A stretch of DNA of 64,000 bases from Octopus vulgaris (GCA_951406725.2 OX597824.1:52700001-52764000); one strand, 5' to 3'. Positions 1 through 13,412 are shown, counted from the first letter of the stretch. Notes: generated by a model from the letters alone, not told the origin. A program made the numbers and translations.

Positions 1-677
1 CATGCACATATATACACACACACACACATGTACTAGGAATAAGGTGATGACATTAACTTTTCTGTGATTGATTTTCAACTTATGCTATGTTAACATTCCT
101 CTCTCTTTTATTATGTTACTACTGTGCAAATCTCTTCCGCCACCATTTCCCCACCAACCAATTTTCTTCCTAGATCCCTAGTGGTAAATGTATAAAAGTA
201 TTAAATTTCTGATGTAGAACACATCATATAACCAAACTGCAAATTATCTGCAGTCTATTTAATACACATTTTGGATAAGTGATGCAAGGTATCAACAGGA
301 AATGTACGTTGCCACTAGCAACCAACAAGATATCACTGTGTAACTACATGCTTCAATCGAAATGCTCTCTAGGTTTCCCTTCATCGAGGAAATAAATCAA
401 TAATAAAGCTAGTATTTAGAAATATATGATTTACCGAGAGAATTCACCCCCGCCGCATATGTTAATTTACATGGTGCTTAAGGTCTTTCATTCAGAGAAT
501 TGTTATGATGAGTTTGTATTTTAATGTATTTTTTATTTATTGAATAATTGAGTCAAATAAAACAAATAGTTTCTTACATATACTAATGATATTTTCTTGC
601 ATACTCGCTGATGTTTCAGGTTTATTGGTAAGACGAGAATGAATATTACAGTAATATTTATGACTTAATTAGTATGC

Positions 678-832
678 TGGGCAAAATCCAAAGCGACATT
701 TCTTTTAGCTTTACGTTCTGAGTTCAAATTCAGCTGACTTCTTTCTTTTGGAGTCGATAAAATAAGTACCAGTCAATGCAATCGACTTACCACCTCCCCC
801 AAAATTGCTGGCCTTGTGCCAAAATCTGAAAT
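678..832 (+). mobile_element. SINE family A fragment (decayed)
   Basis: Shares ttacgttctgagttcaaatt...gtcgataaaataagtaccagt...ggccttgtgccaaaat with the copies at 6463-6686 and 54.7-58.2 kb. Confidence 0.65.
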
Positions 833-1075
833 CGATATTTACGACTTAATGACACAAAATGCAATTCCAAACATATTTTCTACTATTTACATTCTTTTGT
901 TCATACAAATAATTAATACTCAACGCGAACAAGTGCTCCATAAGTTTGGTGGTGGTGTTTCCTTGGGAGCTTTACGAGCTCGCAAAGGACTCTCAAAGGA
1001 GAGCTATGGGGTACGCAATCCATTATTAATATTAACTATTTAAACCATATACATATGCTTAATATTTGTATATAC

Positions 1076-1358
1076 GAGTGGATTTGGTAGACGGAAACTG
1101 AAAGAAGCCTGTCGTATATATGTATATATGTATATGTCTGTGTGTGTTTGTTTGTCTGTGTTTGTCCCCCTAGCATTGCTTGACAACCGATGCTGGTGTG
1201 TTTACGTCTCCGTCACTTAGCGGTTCGGCAAAAGAGACCGATAGAATAAGTACTGGGCTTACAAAGAATAAGTCCTGGGGTCGATTTGCTCGACTAAAGG
1301 CGGTGCTCCAGCATGGCCGCAGTCAAATGACTGAAACAAGTAAAAGAGTAAAAGAGTA
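1076..1358 (+). mobile_element. SINE family B, 5'-truncated copy
   Basis: Near-identical to the 3' part of the reverse complement of 5300-5710 and 42502-42913; ends in a (TAAAAGAG)n tail. Confidence 0.9.
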
Positions 1359-1620
1359 TATTTCACAATAATCTTTGTCCGGTTTAAAATTAGTTGGTTA
1401 TCGTGATTTCAGTGAGCAAAATATGACTGAAAATGATGGGAGAAGGTTCAGTGTTTTTAGAATTTGCTTGTTTTTGTTTGTTTTTGTCTTTTATGTAAAA
1501 TATTTTGCTATATTGCTTCAAATTTTATTTCCAGCTTTTTTATAACACTAATAATATAGCAAATAGCATTTCGCTTAATATTTAAACTGCAATGCTCTTC
1601 TTAGTTCCGTTTTTATCATT

Positions 1621-1980
1621 ATTACCTCCGCCTTAGTGACGGCGGAGGTATTGTTTTCAGGCGCTTGTTTGTCCGTGGACAAAATATCTCAAGAACCGCT
1701 GGATGGATCCGGATGAAACTTTCAGGGATGTTTGACCTCGTAACTGGCACGAACTGATTAGATTTTGGGATCGATCCGGTACCGGACAAGGATTCTGGAT
1801 TATTTTTCCTGGCTTTTTACTTAATTATTGAGAGTCGTCGGGTTCATTTTTAGTATTCTCGTTTGTGAGAGCAATCGAGTTTATTTCAGATATTCTTATT
1901 TTAAAAATCATCTCTGGCTAATTGTTGAGAGGACGTTAGTGTTGCCTTGGCGGAGGTTTGCGCTCTCTGAGTGCTCTTAT
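1621..1980 (+). mobile_element. Non-autonomous Helentron/DINE-1-type (HINE) element
   Basis: 5' ttacctccgcc with a nearby inverted copy ggcggaggta (1641-1650); 3' subterminal ggcggaggt (1949-1957) followed by a short stem-loop gcgctc-tct-gagtgc; T-rich flanks. Confidence 0.75.
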
Positions 1981-2026
1981 TATTTTTATTTTCGTGAATA
2001 ATAGATAAATTAATATAATAAAAAAA

Positions 2027-2157
2027 GGTGGCGAACTGACAGAATCGTTAGTACACCGGGCAAAAATGCTTAGCAGCATTTCATCTGTATTTAAATTTTG
2101 AGTTCAAATTCTGCCAAGGTCGACTTTGCCTTTCATCCTTCTGTGGTTGATAAAATG
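2027..2157 (+). mobile_element. SINE family A, 5' half
   Basis: Head ggtggcgaactgacagaatcgttag, B-box-like gagttcaaatt, central gtcgactttgcctttcatcc block. Confidence 0.75.
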
Positions 2158-3119
2158 TGTGAACATTCGAAACAAATAAATGATTGTAAAAATGGTCATT
2201 TCATGAAAATTTAACATAAAGTAGCTCACGTAAATATGGTTAATAAACTGCCTAAAATTAGCTTCTTTTCAATTAAATTATTAAAATAATCGGGCTGTGG
2301 TGGGGAGCAAAACACGCGGGAACATTTGTAAAATATCCTTCCTGCTGAAAAAAAGACATAACACTAGACGACGAAAAATTTGAGTGAACAAAAGCATATT
2401 TAATATAAACATAAAAACACCTTTCAAATGAATAGGCATATTTAATGAACAATAGGAACATCGAAGTGTCAATTTTTTCTGGAAATCATTAACTTTGGTT
2501 TTAATAAAGTCCCTTACTAATAGATTTGTAGTCACGGCTACAATTATATAGATTAATAAAGCAAATAAACTAATGCTATATTAAGCAAATTAAAAGCAAT
2601 AAGCACATAAATTACTACCATTAAAAGCAATAAAAATATCGTCGAGAAAAAATAATACATTCTTCTATTTTAAACATTCAAAAAAAAATACTCTCTTCTA
2701 TTTTAAACATTTACATTACAGTTCCTTTTCAATAAAAAGATAAACATATTGATTTTATTATCATTTTTTAATTCTTACGCTATAGAGTGTCTTAAGTACC
2801 TTTGCCAATTTGGTACGAAACGTTTTTTCTCAGACAGCAAGAGTAAAGCAATTTATAGATAAATGGACGTCCATTGATTTTGACACTGTGTAGTGAGTTG
2901 TTTGAACAACCGATCCGCTTGATCACTGAATTAGCCGATAAATGGCTGAGTATTCTACAGCCACACGTGTCCTTAACGTTATCCTCAGTGAGAGCCAGTG
3001 TTGCACATTTGAATTATAGGTACAATCCATCCTACTGGATTCCACACATTTTCTGGCTACCCAACTTTATTCACAATATTTGAATCGATCCGAGACTGTG
3101 CTGAAAGGCACCTAAGATA

Positions 3120-3300
3120 GAAGTAGTAGAATATCTTGCACTGTTTATTTATGTCCCTCATGTCCTGAGTTTAAATCGTTTTAGTGTCGATCTTGTTTTT
3201 CACTATTTTGTGGTTGATTAAATAAGATACCGGTCATGTACTATGGAGTGTTTAATCGATTGACTCTTCCTGCCAAAGTGTGGTGGGCCTTCTGGCTATA
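3120..3300 (+). mobile_element. Highly decayed SINE family A copy
   Basis: ctgagtttaaatc...gtcgatcttgtttttcac...gttgattaaataagatacc is colinear with family A. Confidence 0.45.
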
Positions 3301-3564
3301 AACAAAATTATTATTGCTGCTATTATTCTATTACTGTTGCTGTTTCTCCTGCTGCTGTTCATGTATTTGAGGTGCTTGTGTGAACGTACCTGTATTTTAT
3401 GTGTGTGTGTGTGTGTGTGTGCACACGCACACATTTGTGGCTATGAAATCAAAAAACCTCTTTGAAAATCACGAAGTATATGGAGTAGAAAATGTAACAT
3501 CGATATCGTCCGCCTTTTTCTTCATTTCTTCCCCTCTTTTAATTATTACCCCCACCCAGCCTCC

Positions 3565-3865
3565 TATTCATCATCATTATCACTAGCATTATCCATATCA
3601 ACATCACAGTCAACTATCGTCATTATCACCAACATTCATTATTCGCATCATCGCTATTTTTCTTCCACTTCCATTATTTCTTCTTCACAAGCACATCAAC
3701 TTCAAAGATCTAATCATCACTCTCATCAAAACCATCATCAATGTCATCTGCGTTGTCATCCTCATGATCACTATCATTACCATCATCATCACTGTTGTTG
3801 TCATCATCACCCTCATCATTGTCATCGTCATCATCATCATCATTGCTGACGTCACCAGCATCACT
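3565..3865. repeat. Degenerate (CAT)n low-complexity tract
   Basis: Visible catcatcat/gtcatc repetition; source of the poly-Asp ORF 3710..3910. Confidence 0.85.
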
Positions 3866-4839
3866 GCCGCGTCTTCGGATTATTGACGAAATCTTTCCAT
3901 CTTGGAACAAGAAAGGAAGAATAATTACAAGTTCTGTGAAGGAAAAAGAACATGTCTGATGACTAACATGCTGCCTGATAAGCTGTGAGTCAGGCCGATC
4001 AAATCGATTATCAAGTTGTTATGTCGAACCAGAGACAAGCAACTCACTCAAAAATAGTCAATATTCTTGGTGAATATTAAAAGATTTCGAAATCTGAAAT
4101 ATACTGAGTTGGTTAAAAATATTTTAAAATTTTTCTAATTCCATCAAGCAGAAATGACTCAACGTAGCGTAAACGTTATCAGAACTTTCTTCTAAAAGAT
4201 ATAACTAGTTTTTCACTTTTTATATAAATATTTATTTAGATATTTATATAAATATTTACATAGATCAAAAATTGGCAAACTCCTTATATCATTGGCCCTT
4301 TCATGGAATCGTTGATAACTTATCAACCCATATCATATAAATTTTTGAAATAGAATTAAAACTTAAAAATACAAAATTTCTTCATTTACAATCAGTGAAT
4401 CCCTCATTGCTTTGTGTCGTTACCACTTTTTAAGAAGAAACTTTTTAAAAGAAATTTAATGAAAGTAATTAACAAAATTGATAAAGAACAATAAAAATTC
4501 AATCAACTCATGTTCATATAGTATGAATATTTGAAATGAGATGTATTTGGTGAATCGTAGCTATGTATCGACATTTGTCTGGAAATTATTGAGTATTAGC
4601 CTTATATTACTGCGCTCTTCCCGATTCATTTTGTACGTCTTTGTTAAAAGTGAAATTGCATAACTAAAACCTACTTCAACCATGTATGAACTTGGAAATA
4701 TTAATAAAAAGAGCCTGATTGTTGCACTAAGCTTCGGGTGTTTATTTTTTGCATGTATGTTATCTTGATTTGGCGTTAATGATGTACCAGCTATTACAGA
4801 TGTAACTGAAATTGTTCTGATGAAAAACTCTCAACCAGA

Positions 4840-5850
4840 GTTGGCACATTGGTGAAATGGTCCCTGATGTGAAGAGAAGTTTAGAGTCACAGCTTCAGCA
4901 TTGCAAGTTTTGTATCCGACTTGAGTTAACACTCAGTAATTCAAACATTCGCATGGCCTATATGCGGCATAAAAACCAAATCTTAAAGGTCATTGTTGAT
5001 GAATTCTTGTTTGCAAATTACCTTAAAGCTGATGCAACAGAGGAGAAAATGTTGCGATGTGCAGAGGGTTACTTGAAGAAAATTAATGTTCCTTTTCTGA
5101 ATATTAGTGCAGTGGCGGCGGATAGTATCCCAGCAATTGTGAGTCATTCCGAATATTAGCGTTCTTGATCAAGAAAAAGATTACTGATGTATATATTGTC
5201 CACTATGTATTACAAAGAAATCCACTCTTTGCTAAAAATATAAATGGAGATATAATTGGAGGTCTACATGTTTTAAATCTGTGAGTCGTAATTCTTTTTT
5301 ACTCTTTTACTCTTTTACTTGTTTCAGTCATTTGACTGCGGCCATGCTGGAGCACCGCCTTTAGTCGAGCAAATCGACCTCGGGACTTATTCTTTGTAAG
5401 CCCAGTACTTATTCTATCGATCTCTTTTGCCGAACCGCTAAGTGACGGGGACGTAAACATACCAGCATCGGTTGTCAAGCAATGCTAGGAGGACAAACAC
5501 AGACACACAAACACACACACATACATATATATATATATACATATATACGACAGGCTTCTTTCAGTTTCCGTCTACCAAATCCACTCACAAGGCATTGGTC
5601 GGCCCGGGTCTATAGCGGAAGACACTTGCCCAAGATGCCACGCAGTGGGACTGAACCCGGAACCACGTGGTTGTTTAGCAAGCTACTTACCACACAGCCA
5701 CTCCTGCGCCTATTATTTATTTATGATGTGTGAAAAGAAAAGTGAAAAATGATAAAAGCAATCAGTTTCAGTTGCACTAAAGTAAAATAGATACCAAGAG
5801 GAGATTCCTTGCAAAGACTTGTTAATTAGTATAAAACCAGTGCTTTATAT
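4840..5850 (+). pseudogene. Decayed hAT (Charlie/Buster, ZBED5/SCAND3-like) transposase, interrupted by a SINE
   Basis: ORF 4857..5159 reads KFCIRLELTL..MAYMR..DEFLFA..AVAADSIPAIV (cf. FSIQLDES..LAYVR..EEFLF..ATDGAPAMVG), then VHYVLQR (cf. IHCxxHR). After the SINE it resumes LH.KVK*IPRGDSLQRL (cf. LHTEVRWLSKGxxLxRF). Contains stops and frameshifts. Confidence 0.8.
5300..5710 (-). mobile_element. SINE family B, full length (tRNA head, CORE-like block, internal microsatellite)
   Basis: Minus strand starts ggcgcaggagtggctgtgtgg (A box), then gggttcagtccc (B box) and tggcatcttgggcaagt (CORE-like); (TAAAAGAG)n tail; multiple copies in the window. Confidence 0.92.
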
Positions 5851-5854
5851 TAAC

Positions 5855-6112
5855 TGATGTAGAAACTCGAATCTAAGGATAACTATAAAAATATTTTATT
5901 TTTCATTCCCTTTGAAATTACTACTATTCGTGGTTTGGGCTTTCACTGCCCTCTCTAGCATGTAAGGTGTCCTGTTAAATATCACCTCTTTTGTGTATAA
6001 ATGCGTGCACTATTTTATATGAAAAATATGTTGTCTATTCACTTTATTATGCATTCTAGCTACCTGTAGGAAAATTGCTCTAAATTGTATACCCATATTA
6101 TTTTCACAGTAT
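5855..6112. repeat. Unclassified dispersed repeat, copy 1 (copy 2 at ~43152-43428)
   Basis: Colinear over ~260 bp: gataactataaaaata, ttcattccctttgaaatt, tctagcatgtaaggtgtcctgtta, ending ttattttcacagtata. Confidence 0.8.
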
Positions 6113-6154
6113 ATACATACATACATACATACATACATACATACATACAGACAT

Positions 6155-6192
<38 letters not shown>

Positions 6193-6235
6193 TGGCAGAC
6201 AGACAAACAGACAGACAGGTAGATATATATAGATG

Positions 6236-6321
<86 letters not shown>

Positions 6322-6345
6322 TGTATGTATGTATGTATGTATGTA
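6110..6345. repeat. Compound microsatellite (TACA)n(GACA)n(TA)n(TATG)n
   Basis: Read directly from the sequence. Confidence 0.97.
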
Positions 6346-6462
6346 GGAATATATTCAATTATGAATTTGGAGTAGCGCTAGTGTTGCAAAAATTATCCAC
6401 CGCACATACTCAGTGTCTGTGTATGCTTCTTCGTCGGTACATTGAAGTTTAGCTGAAATATC

Positions 6463-6686
6463 TATTTCTTTACTACCCGCAAGGGGCTAAACTCAGAGAA
6501 GACAAACAAGGACAGACAAACGGATTAAGTCGATTGTATCGACCCCAGTGCGTGACTGGTACTTAATTTATCGACCCCGAAAGGATGAAAGGCAAAGTCG
6601 ACCTCGGCGGAATTTGAACTCAGAACGTAACGGCAGACGAAATATGATTACGCATTTCGCCCGGCGTGCTAACGTTTCTGCCAGCT
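6463..6686 (-). mobile_element. SINE family A, near full-length, CpG-retaining copy
   Basis: Minus strand: agctggcagaaacgttagcacgccgggcg...gagttcaaattccgccgaggtcgactttgcctttcatcctttcggggtcgataaattaagtaccagt. Confidence 0.9.
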
Positions 6687-6844
6687 AACGCCCTGAATGG
6701 AATTAGGGGGTAGTGTCACGTGTGGCTATGACTTTCAGGTATCATAATACCCAGTGCCTTGAGGGAGTCATCCCCACCGCGCTAAAACAGTGTACCAGAG
6801 AACAAACAAAATACATACATTGAGAATGGGCGGTCAATAACTTT

Positions 6845-6854
6845 TGTGTGTGCT

Positions 6855-6895
<41 letters not shown>

Positions 6896-6999
6896 GCATA
6901 TGTGAGTGTGTGCATGTTTGGGTGTATATGTGAGTCAGATACATACATACGTACGTGCATACATGCATGCGTGTATGATACATACTTACATGCGTGCAT

Positions 7000-7035
<36 letters not shown>

Positions 7036-7146
7036 CATACATATATATGTATATATATATATATACATATATAAATACACATATATATATACATATATAT
7101 ACATATACGTAAGTGCGTACATACATAGGCAGATACATATATAACT

Positions 7147-7206
<60 letters not shown>

Positions 7207-7563
7207 TTATGCACATAGATATTTATAGAGGTGAATCTGTTGCTAATTACATCCAGACAAGTAGTTGATACATTGCTGCTACATCAGCGGCGCCCGTCCA
7301 CAAAATCGAAACAAATTGATTATGTAATCCGTTATCTATAATCTATGTATTTGCTACATACAAACATACACTCAGTATATATGTGTGGGAGTAGATATGT
7401 GCGTTTTAGCTGGATATATACATATATATATATACATGCATACAAATACACTCATAAATATATATACATACACATACATACATACACACAGATATATCCG
7501 TACATACACACATATACCTACACATATGCACATATACATACGCATACATACATACATACATGC

Positions 7564-7640
<77 letters not shown>

Positions 7641-7697
7641 TATATACTTATACGTATATGCATATATATATATGTATATATATATATTTGTGTATGC

Positions 7698-7735
<38 letters not shown>
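6845..7735. repeat. Microsatellite field (TG, TA, TACA, AAAG, GATA, TATACA) with a short unique spacer
   Basis: Read directly from the sequence. Confidence 0.95.
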
Positions 7736-7737
<2 letters not shown>

Positions 7738-8668
7738 AATATAAATTTATGTGTGTACTAGAAATTAGTATCTATTTTTACTTTTCTATTTTTTGGCTTG
7801 GTGGTCTGTTTGTTGTTCAAATAATATTTGTTTGTTTTGTTTGTGTGTTTACTCGCTCATAATTACTTAATTGTATCTATAATTAATTATTTATTGTCTT
7901 TTTATAAGACAGAACCATAATAATCTAGATAATAAGCTGAAAAACCACAAAAATAACAAAAGAAAACTAACATCTAACAAATCAACTATAGAATTATTGT
8001 TATTTTCATCTCAATGAATGTTCTGGGAATAACAATAAGCTGAAACTTTTTTTATCAGTTTTTATAAATTTTGTGCTGTAAACTATGAAAGATATTCAAT
8101 AACCTCTCATTTAATTTCTTCAGATTATCTACATTTTCCTTCTTTTCCCTCCACTTTCTGTCTTCTTCCCTCTCTTTCTCTCTCTAGTTATTTATATCAT
8201 CCAAACGTTTAATATTCTTTAGAACCCACACTCAACGTTATATGCTGTTCATGTCTGTAGAACTCTGTGTTCTGCAGAATAATTTCTTTTGAAGAAGGGC
8301 GCTTTATCTCACGAAAACTCAGCTCCATAAACTCGACAGTTTCATAATGCTACTACTGCTGCCCACAGCTAAGAGTTAGCACTTCAGTGTATTGGCTAGA
8401 GTCACGTCACAGCGCCGAAGAAAGAATTCTGATATCTATCGATCAGTCTATTAGTTTGTGCCATACTATCAATATCATCACTGCTATTTTGTTAGAAGAA
8501 TTTTAGCTTCCAACTGCTTCCAACTTTAAATTTGTACTTTGCCTTTCTTTTTTCCGAAATCCTAATTGTTCATGTGCGTGTGTATATTAAGTTTCAGGGC
8601 CGAAAACACATCAACATCGGTTGCCAAGTGTTGGTTGGGGACAAACATAGACACAGACACACACACAC

Positions 8669-8711
<43 letters not shown>

Positions 8712-8712
<1 letters not shown>

Positions 8713-10255
8713 GGAAATGCACACAGTTTACATAGTTTTAATATATTTTATAAGTGAAATAGTATTGTGTATGTCGACCGGTTTCGCTTTTGCTAACCAT
8801 GACATTGAAATTATTTTAATTTCGTATTTTCTTAAGAAGATTTTAGTTCATGTTGTGTATGGGGGTATGTGAATGAAATGAATCATCAAGTAGAAAAATC
8901 TAAGGGGAGGTAATTTGTGATCGTTATTATTCGTGATGTCATTGCTCATTTTGGGGGCGAGGGGTAAATAAATATACAAAAAACACAAAAGCTAAATTAG
9001 TGAGATGAAATATTTACAACGATATGTATGTAAACATTAATTAAAATATATACTGAGTTCAAAGTTGGTTATGCGTTCATATTTAGGCTTGTTCAGTATT
9101 TTTCTATAGATAAATTTTCTTGAAACGTTGTACAGAAATTGTTTCTTTGCGCTGGTAGATGGGAAAAACTGTGAAGCTCCGTTGGATATTACCTGCACAT
9201 CTTTCTATGTACTCACTCAAAGGAATCTATCTGTAGTGTGGTAAACGGATCTGTTCCCTATGTAGTGTATGCCCTATATGTCTACAACCTGAACAAGTTA
9301 TAACATAAATTAGATTGTTGGAGACACAGGTGAAGATGGTTTTAATTGTGAACCTCACTCCTCGTTTGAATAGGAATTCAGAGCCTTCCTGAAGGTTGGG
9401 GTATGTTCCAAAGTTTGGATGTCCTCACTTTTTAATCATTGGTTTTGTGGTTGTTGTGTAAAGCTTCGCATTTGTCAGAAGTCTTTTCAGCGATTTGTGT
9501 TGTTTTTTTTTTGCATTTGAAGAACTTTTGTGTTTTCAGAATGTTGTGTATTTTGGATCCCTATTGAGCATAGGTAAATTTTGTGCAATATGCCTCATTG
9601 TTTCTAGAGTTGTGCGTTGATATATATGGTAGTGTTCTGAGATGTGGTGTTACGTTTTGTTTCCCTTTGTGTTTTAATGCCTAATTTCTAGGCACGCTTA
9701 ATTCCATCATCTATAAGCGAGGGTGGATATTGTCTCTCAGTTAGTGTTGCTCTGAGATCTTAAAGACGGAGATCCTGGGAGCTGTTCGTTGCATATTCCA
9801 TTGAAAATTGAATGCTAGGGGTTATATTATTTAGTATTGATTTAAGTTCCAAAAGCTTATCAGTGGTCTCAGGCCAAATGATAAAGCAGTCATCCAGCTT
9901 TCCCTTATATAATGGTGAAATGGATATCCATGTTTTTGCAGTGGCACTTCAGATATGATGAATTCAAAATATCCCATTATTAGGTTCGCAGGAACAGGGG
10001 CTGCTTTTGTTCCCATTGCAATTCTGCATTTTTGACGATAGTAGGTGTCGTCAAAGAGGAAATAATTGTTGTGAAGTATAAATTTTAATGTTTCAATAAT
10101 AAAAACCTGGTTTATGTGTTCCGGAATTTCTCCGGGGTACTTTTTCAACCAGAATTGTATTGCTTCTATTCCATAGTCATGTTGGATATTGGTGTAAGAG
10201 ATTGATAACATCGAAAGAAACCAATAATGTCTCTTCATTAGTTGCATTTTTTCAT
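8712..10255 (-). mobile_element. 5'-truncated, decayed Penelope-like retroelement (RT + GIY-YIG; Neptune-like)
   Basis: Minus-strand translation gives LVSFDVINL/YTNI, FILHNNYFLFDDTYYRQ..IAMGTKAAP..ANLIMGYFE (PLE RT), then FTCVSNNLIYVITCSGC (GIY-YIG) near 9330-9280. The 3' end abuts (TA)n at ~8710. Confidence 0.88.
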
Positions 10256-12791
10256 TGACTTTCGTAACAAGCAAATGTCATATTGGTTGCAGATCTCGTA
10301 GTTTTTGTCCAGATTTCCTTCAAACTTCACGTTATTCGGTGGATTCAAATTCATCATTACTCTCGTTGCGAGTAATTGTACCCAAAGCAACAAGAACTGT
10401 ATGTTCACCTGTGGTCTATTCTGTTGTCATCACTGTTGTTTTGATGAAGGGAGTATGTCAGAAAGGCGAACTGGTTTCTTTACTAAAACTATTTTCGTAT
10501 ACCTTAAGTTCTTGGTTCCAAATTTCAGTCTGTCATGCTTTTCGTTTCCTTATGGGAAGATCAGTAGTATACTGGATCAAAAGCATAATGCCTACCCACT
10601 TTCTCTTTAACAATCTCCATTGTGCCTCAGTGAAAAGAATCAAGAAAGCAGTATTAGAGTTTATATTACAAATAAAAACCAAAGAAACATTTGCCTTATA
10701 GAAACTCACTGCCTGGAAAGAACACAAACTGAAAAGTCCACTAACCATAAATCCATCATTAGCTAGCGATACAAATAAATTCAACCAAAGCTTGATTTGA
10801 AATACCGAAAAGTCTCTTACGTTAAACAGTGTTTATCACAGCCAAAATAAAGTCTCGTTTTGCCAAGTATCAGTTCACGCTTCATAATTAAGAAATGTTA
10901 GAATTGTAATGGGAAAGTAAGAAAATTCAAGTTGAGTTAGTTGATAATTATTTAATTATACTATTATGCCTTGTAGCCAAGCAATAAGTGAGAAGCTAAA
11001 ATTATATGGAATTACGAGTGAAACATTGTCTGGAAATGTTCAGAGCACTGATTTTGTTGTCCAAGCAAAGCAACTGATAAATTCAAAGATATTTTAGTCC
11101 CAAATTTTTTTATTTGTAGGCAATGCTTTTCTGACAAAATTATATAAATAAAATATGAAATTAAAACTATACTGAATTCAATAGAAAATTTATGTTCTTT
11201 GTGAATGTATCAAAAACTTTCGTCACACTTCTGTAACCTGACCACTGTAAATCAATCACATGCGAGTGCATCTGGTCTTGGAGGATCTTTATATTAATTT
11301 TAGACACACAAGGTAAGTTTATAGTTGTTTGACTTTTTAGAAATGGGGTCACAGCTAGTCATTTATAGTCATTCCACTATTTTCTCTGCCTATATTCCAC
11401 AGCTATTTAATGACCATATTACTACTATGCCTTCTCTTTCTCTGTTTTCTGGGGGGGTTTTTTTGGAGGAGGGGGACTTGTGTTCTTTGTACGAGAAGTT
11501 TTGCACTAAGCACGCATAATTATAGTACAAATACATTTGAATTAATTCCTGTTAAGCTGATGTAATTGAATGGTGAAGTGTCCCACTCAATGGGTAATCA
11601 CTCCAGACATAGTTCAGTCTTAATAAACTTTCTCAGCGAAAAATATATTGAACATTATAATACTGTAAACGTCTAAATGTAGCTAATATTTAGACATTGT
11701 TGAAACATGCACAGGATTGAGGAGGAGGAGGAGGAGGAGGAACGACGGCAGCATTGGAACAGGACACAAACGAAATAGTCGATTACATCAGTCTCAATAC
11801 ATTATCATCCCAGCATTTGCAGAATTTGAACTCAGAACTTCAAAAGCTGTAATTTATTACTACAATGCATTTTCCCGGTGCTCTATTGGTTCTGCTAGTC
11901 CATAAGAATCCACAATAACGAAGATCTTGCTGAGACAAATTTCGAAGAACAGTGCGACTGGATTTTACTGTTGGAAGAATCCATCCGTTAATTAGCAATT
12001 ACAGCAACAAAAGAACTACAGATCTTGTAAAATTCCTGTAACACGACAGTACAGCTTATTCGTTTACAGAGTTAATCTGTGTTTGTATGTAGAATCTATT
12101 TACACCTATATGGGCTAAATCATAGACGATCTTCAGTAAGAATTCAGAATAGATCTTTAGTTTGTAAACCAAGACCAAATAATTCAGCTAATATGTATTC
12201 ATACTCTTAACAAAAGTATATCGTACATTGATGCTTATTTAAAATGTGATATTTTCAATAGGAAAGTATTGGGCCTTGTTATTAAGCAATTTTAGCTAGC
12301 TTTTCTCAATAAGGTCTATGTAATGAAGTTAACCAATCAAATAATTATTCAATCAATATACTAGTTAAGGCCGTGTATTGTAGGTATTTAGGACTTAAAA
12401 CACATAAACCATATCTAGAAAATGGCAGGAAATTTGTCGAATCACTTTCTCTGAAAGTGTTCAATAGTTTGATTAACCACATACAAGCTTCCATGTTTAA
12501 GGATCATGTTATATATTTACGTCAGGAGACAGTAATCAGATAATATTCTAGCAACCCATGGCCCTTTGATAAATATCTGTTTTTAAAAGAAATCAAAAGA
12601 AAATTCTGTTTTAAGTGATGAAGATAGATATGACCAGTACTAATCACACATCGCTATAGTTTTAAATCAAGTCTAGTTTTAGGTGAGAGATATTAATTTA
12701 TTTTGAGTTAAATGTCATGATGAACTGTTTTATACATACATATCTATGATAAAAGCGCACTAAGTATGAGTAATAGAGCGGTTATAGGTTA

Positions 12792-12792
12792 C

Positions 12793-12880
<88 letters not shown>

Positions 12881-12898
12881 CACACACACACATATATA

Positions 12899-12963
<65 letters not shown>

Positions 12964-13062
12964 ATATATATATGTATATATATATGTATATATATATATA
13001 TGTATATATATATATGTATATATATATACATGTATATATATATATATATGTATATATATATA
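12792..13062. repeat. (TATC)n/(TA)n compound microsatellite
   Basis: Read directly from the sequence. Confidence 0.97.
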
Positions 13063-13311
13063 ACCGGTTTCCCGGTTTCTATGGCGTATGTGTTCCCCCC
13101 AGCTGGACGGGACGTCAGTCCATCGCAGCGTTACTCAAGAAAAATAAAAAAAGAGTGAGAGAAAGTTGGGGTGAAAGAGTAAAACAGGGGCCTCGCGGAG
13201 CTTTAGTTGTTTTCACTCAATAAACACACACAACGCCCGGTCTGGGAATCGAAACAAAGATCCTCCGACCGCGAGTCTGCTGCCCTAAGCCCTGGGCCAT
13301 TGCGCCTCCAC
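13063..13311 (-). mobile_element. SINE family E (tRNA-Arg-like head)
   Basis: Minus strand gtggaggcgcaatggcc...gactcgcggtc...gtttcgattcccagaccgggcg; shares head and gaaaccgggaaaccgg with 38037-38331. Confidence 0.85.
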
Positions 13312-13381
<70 letters not shown>

Positions 13382-13412
13382 GTATATATATGTATATATA
13401 TGTATATATATA

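Noticed and set aside
1180-1371. Recurrent 'conserved' peptides (MTTDAGVF..., [17 protein letters not shown]...) in several ORFs
   Set aside because: They recur because they lie in SINE B copies; other copies are frameshifted.
10255-10701. 148-aa plus-strand ORF next to the Penelope-like element
   Set aside because: No recognisable motifs or convincing splice or start context; overlapping ORFs in other frames suggest chance.
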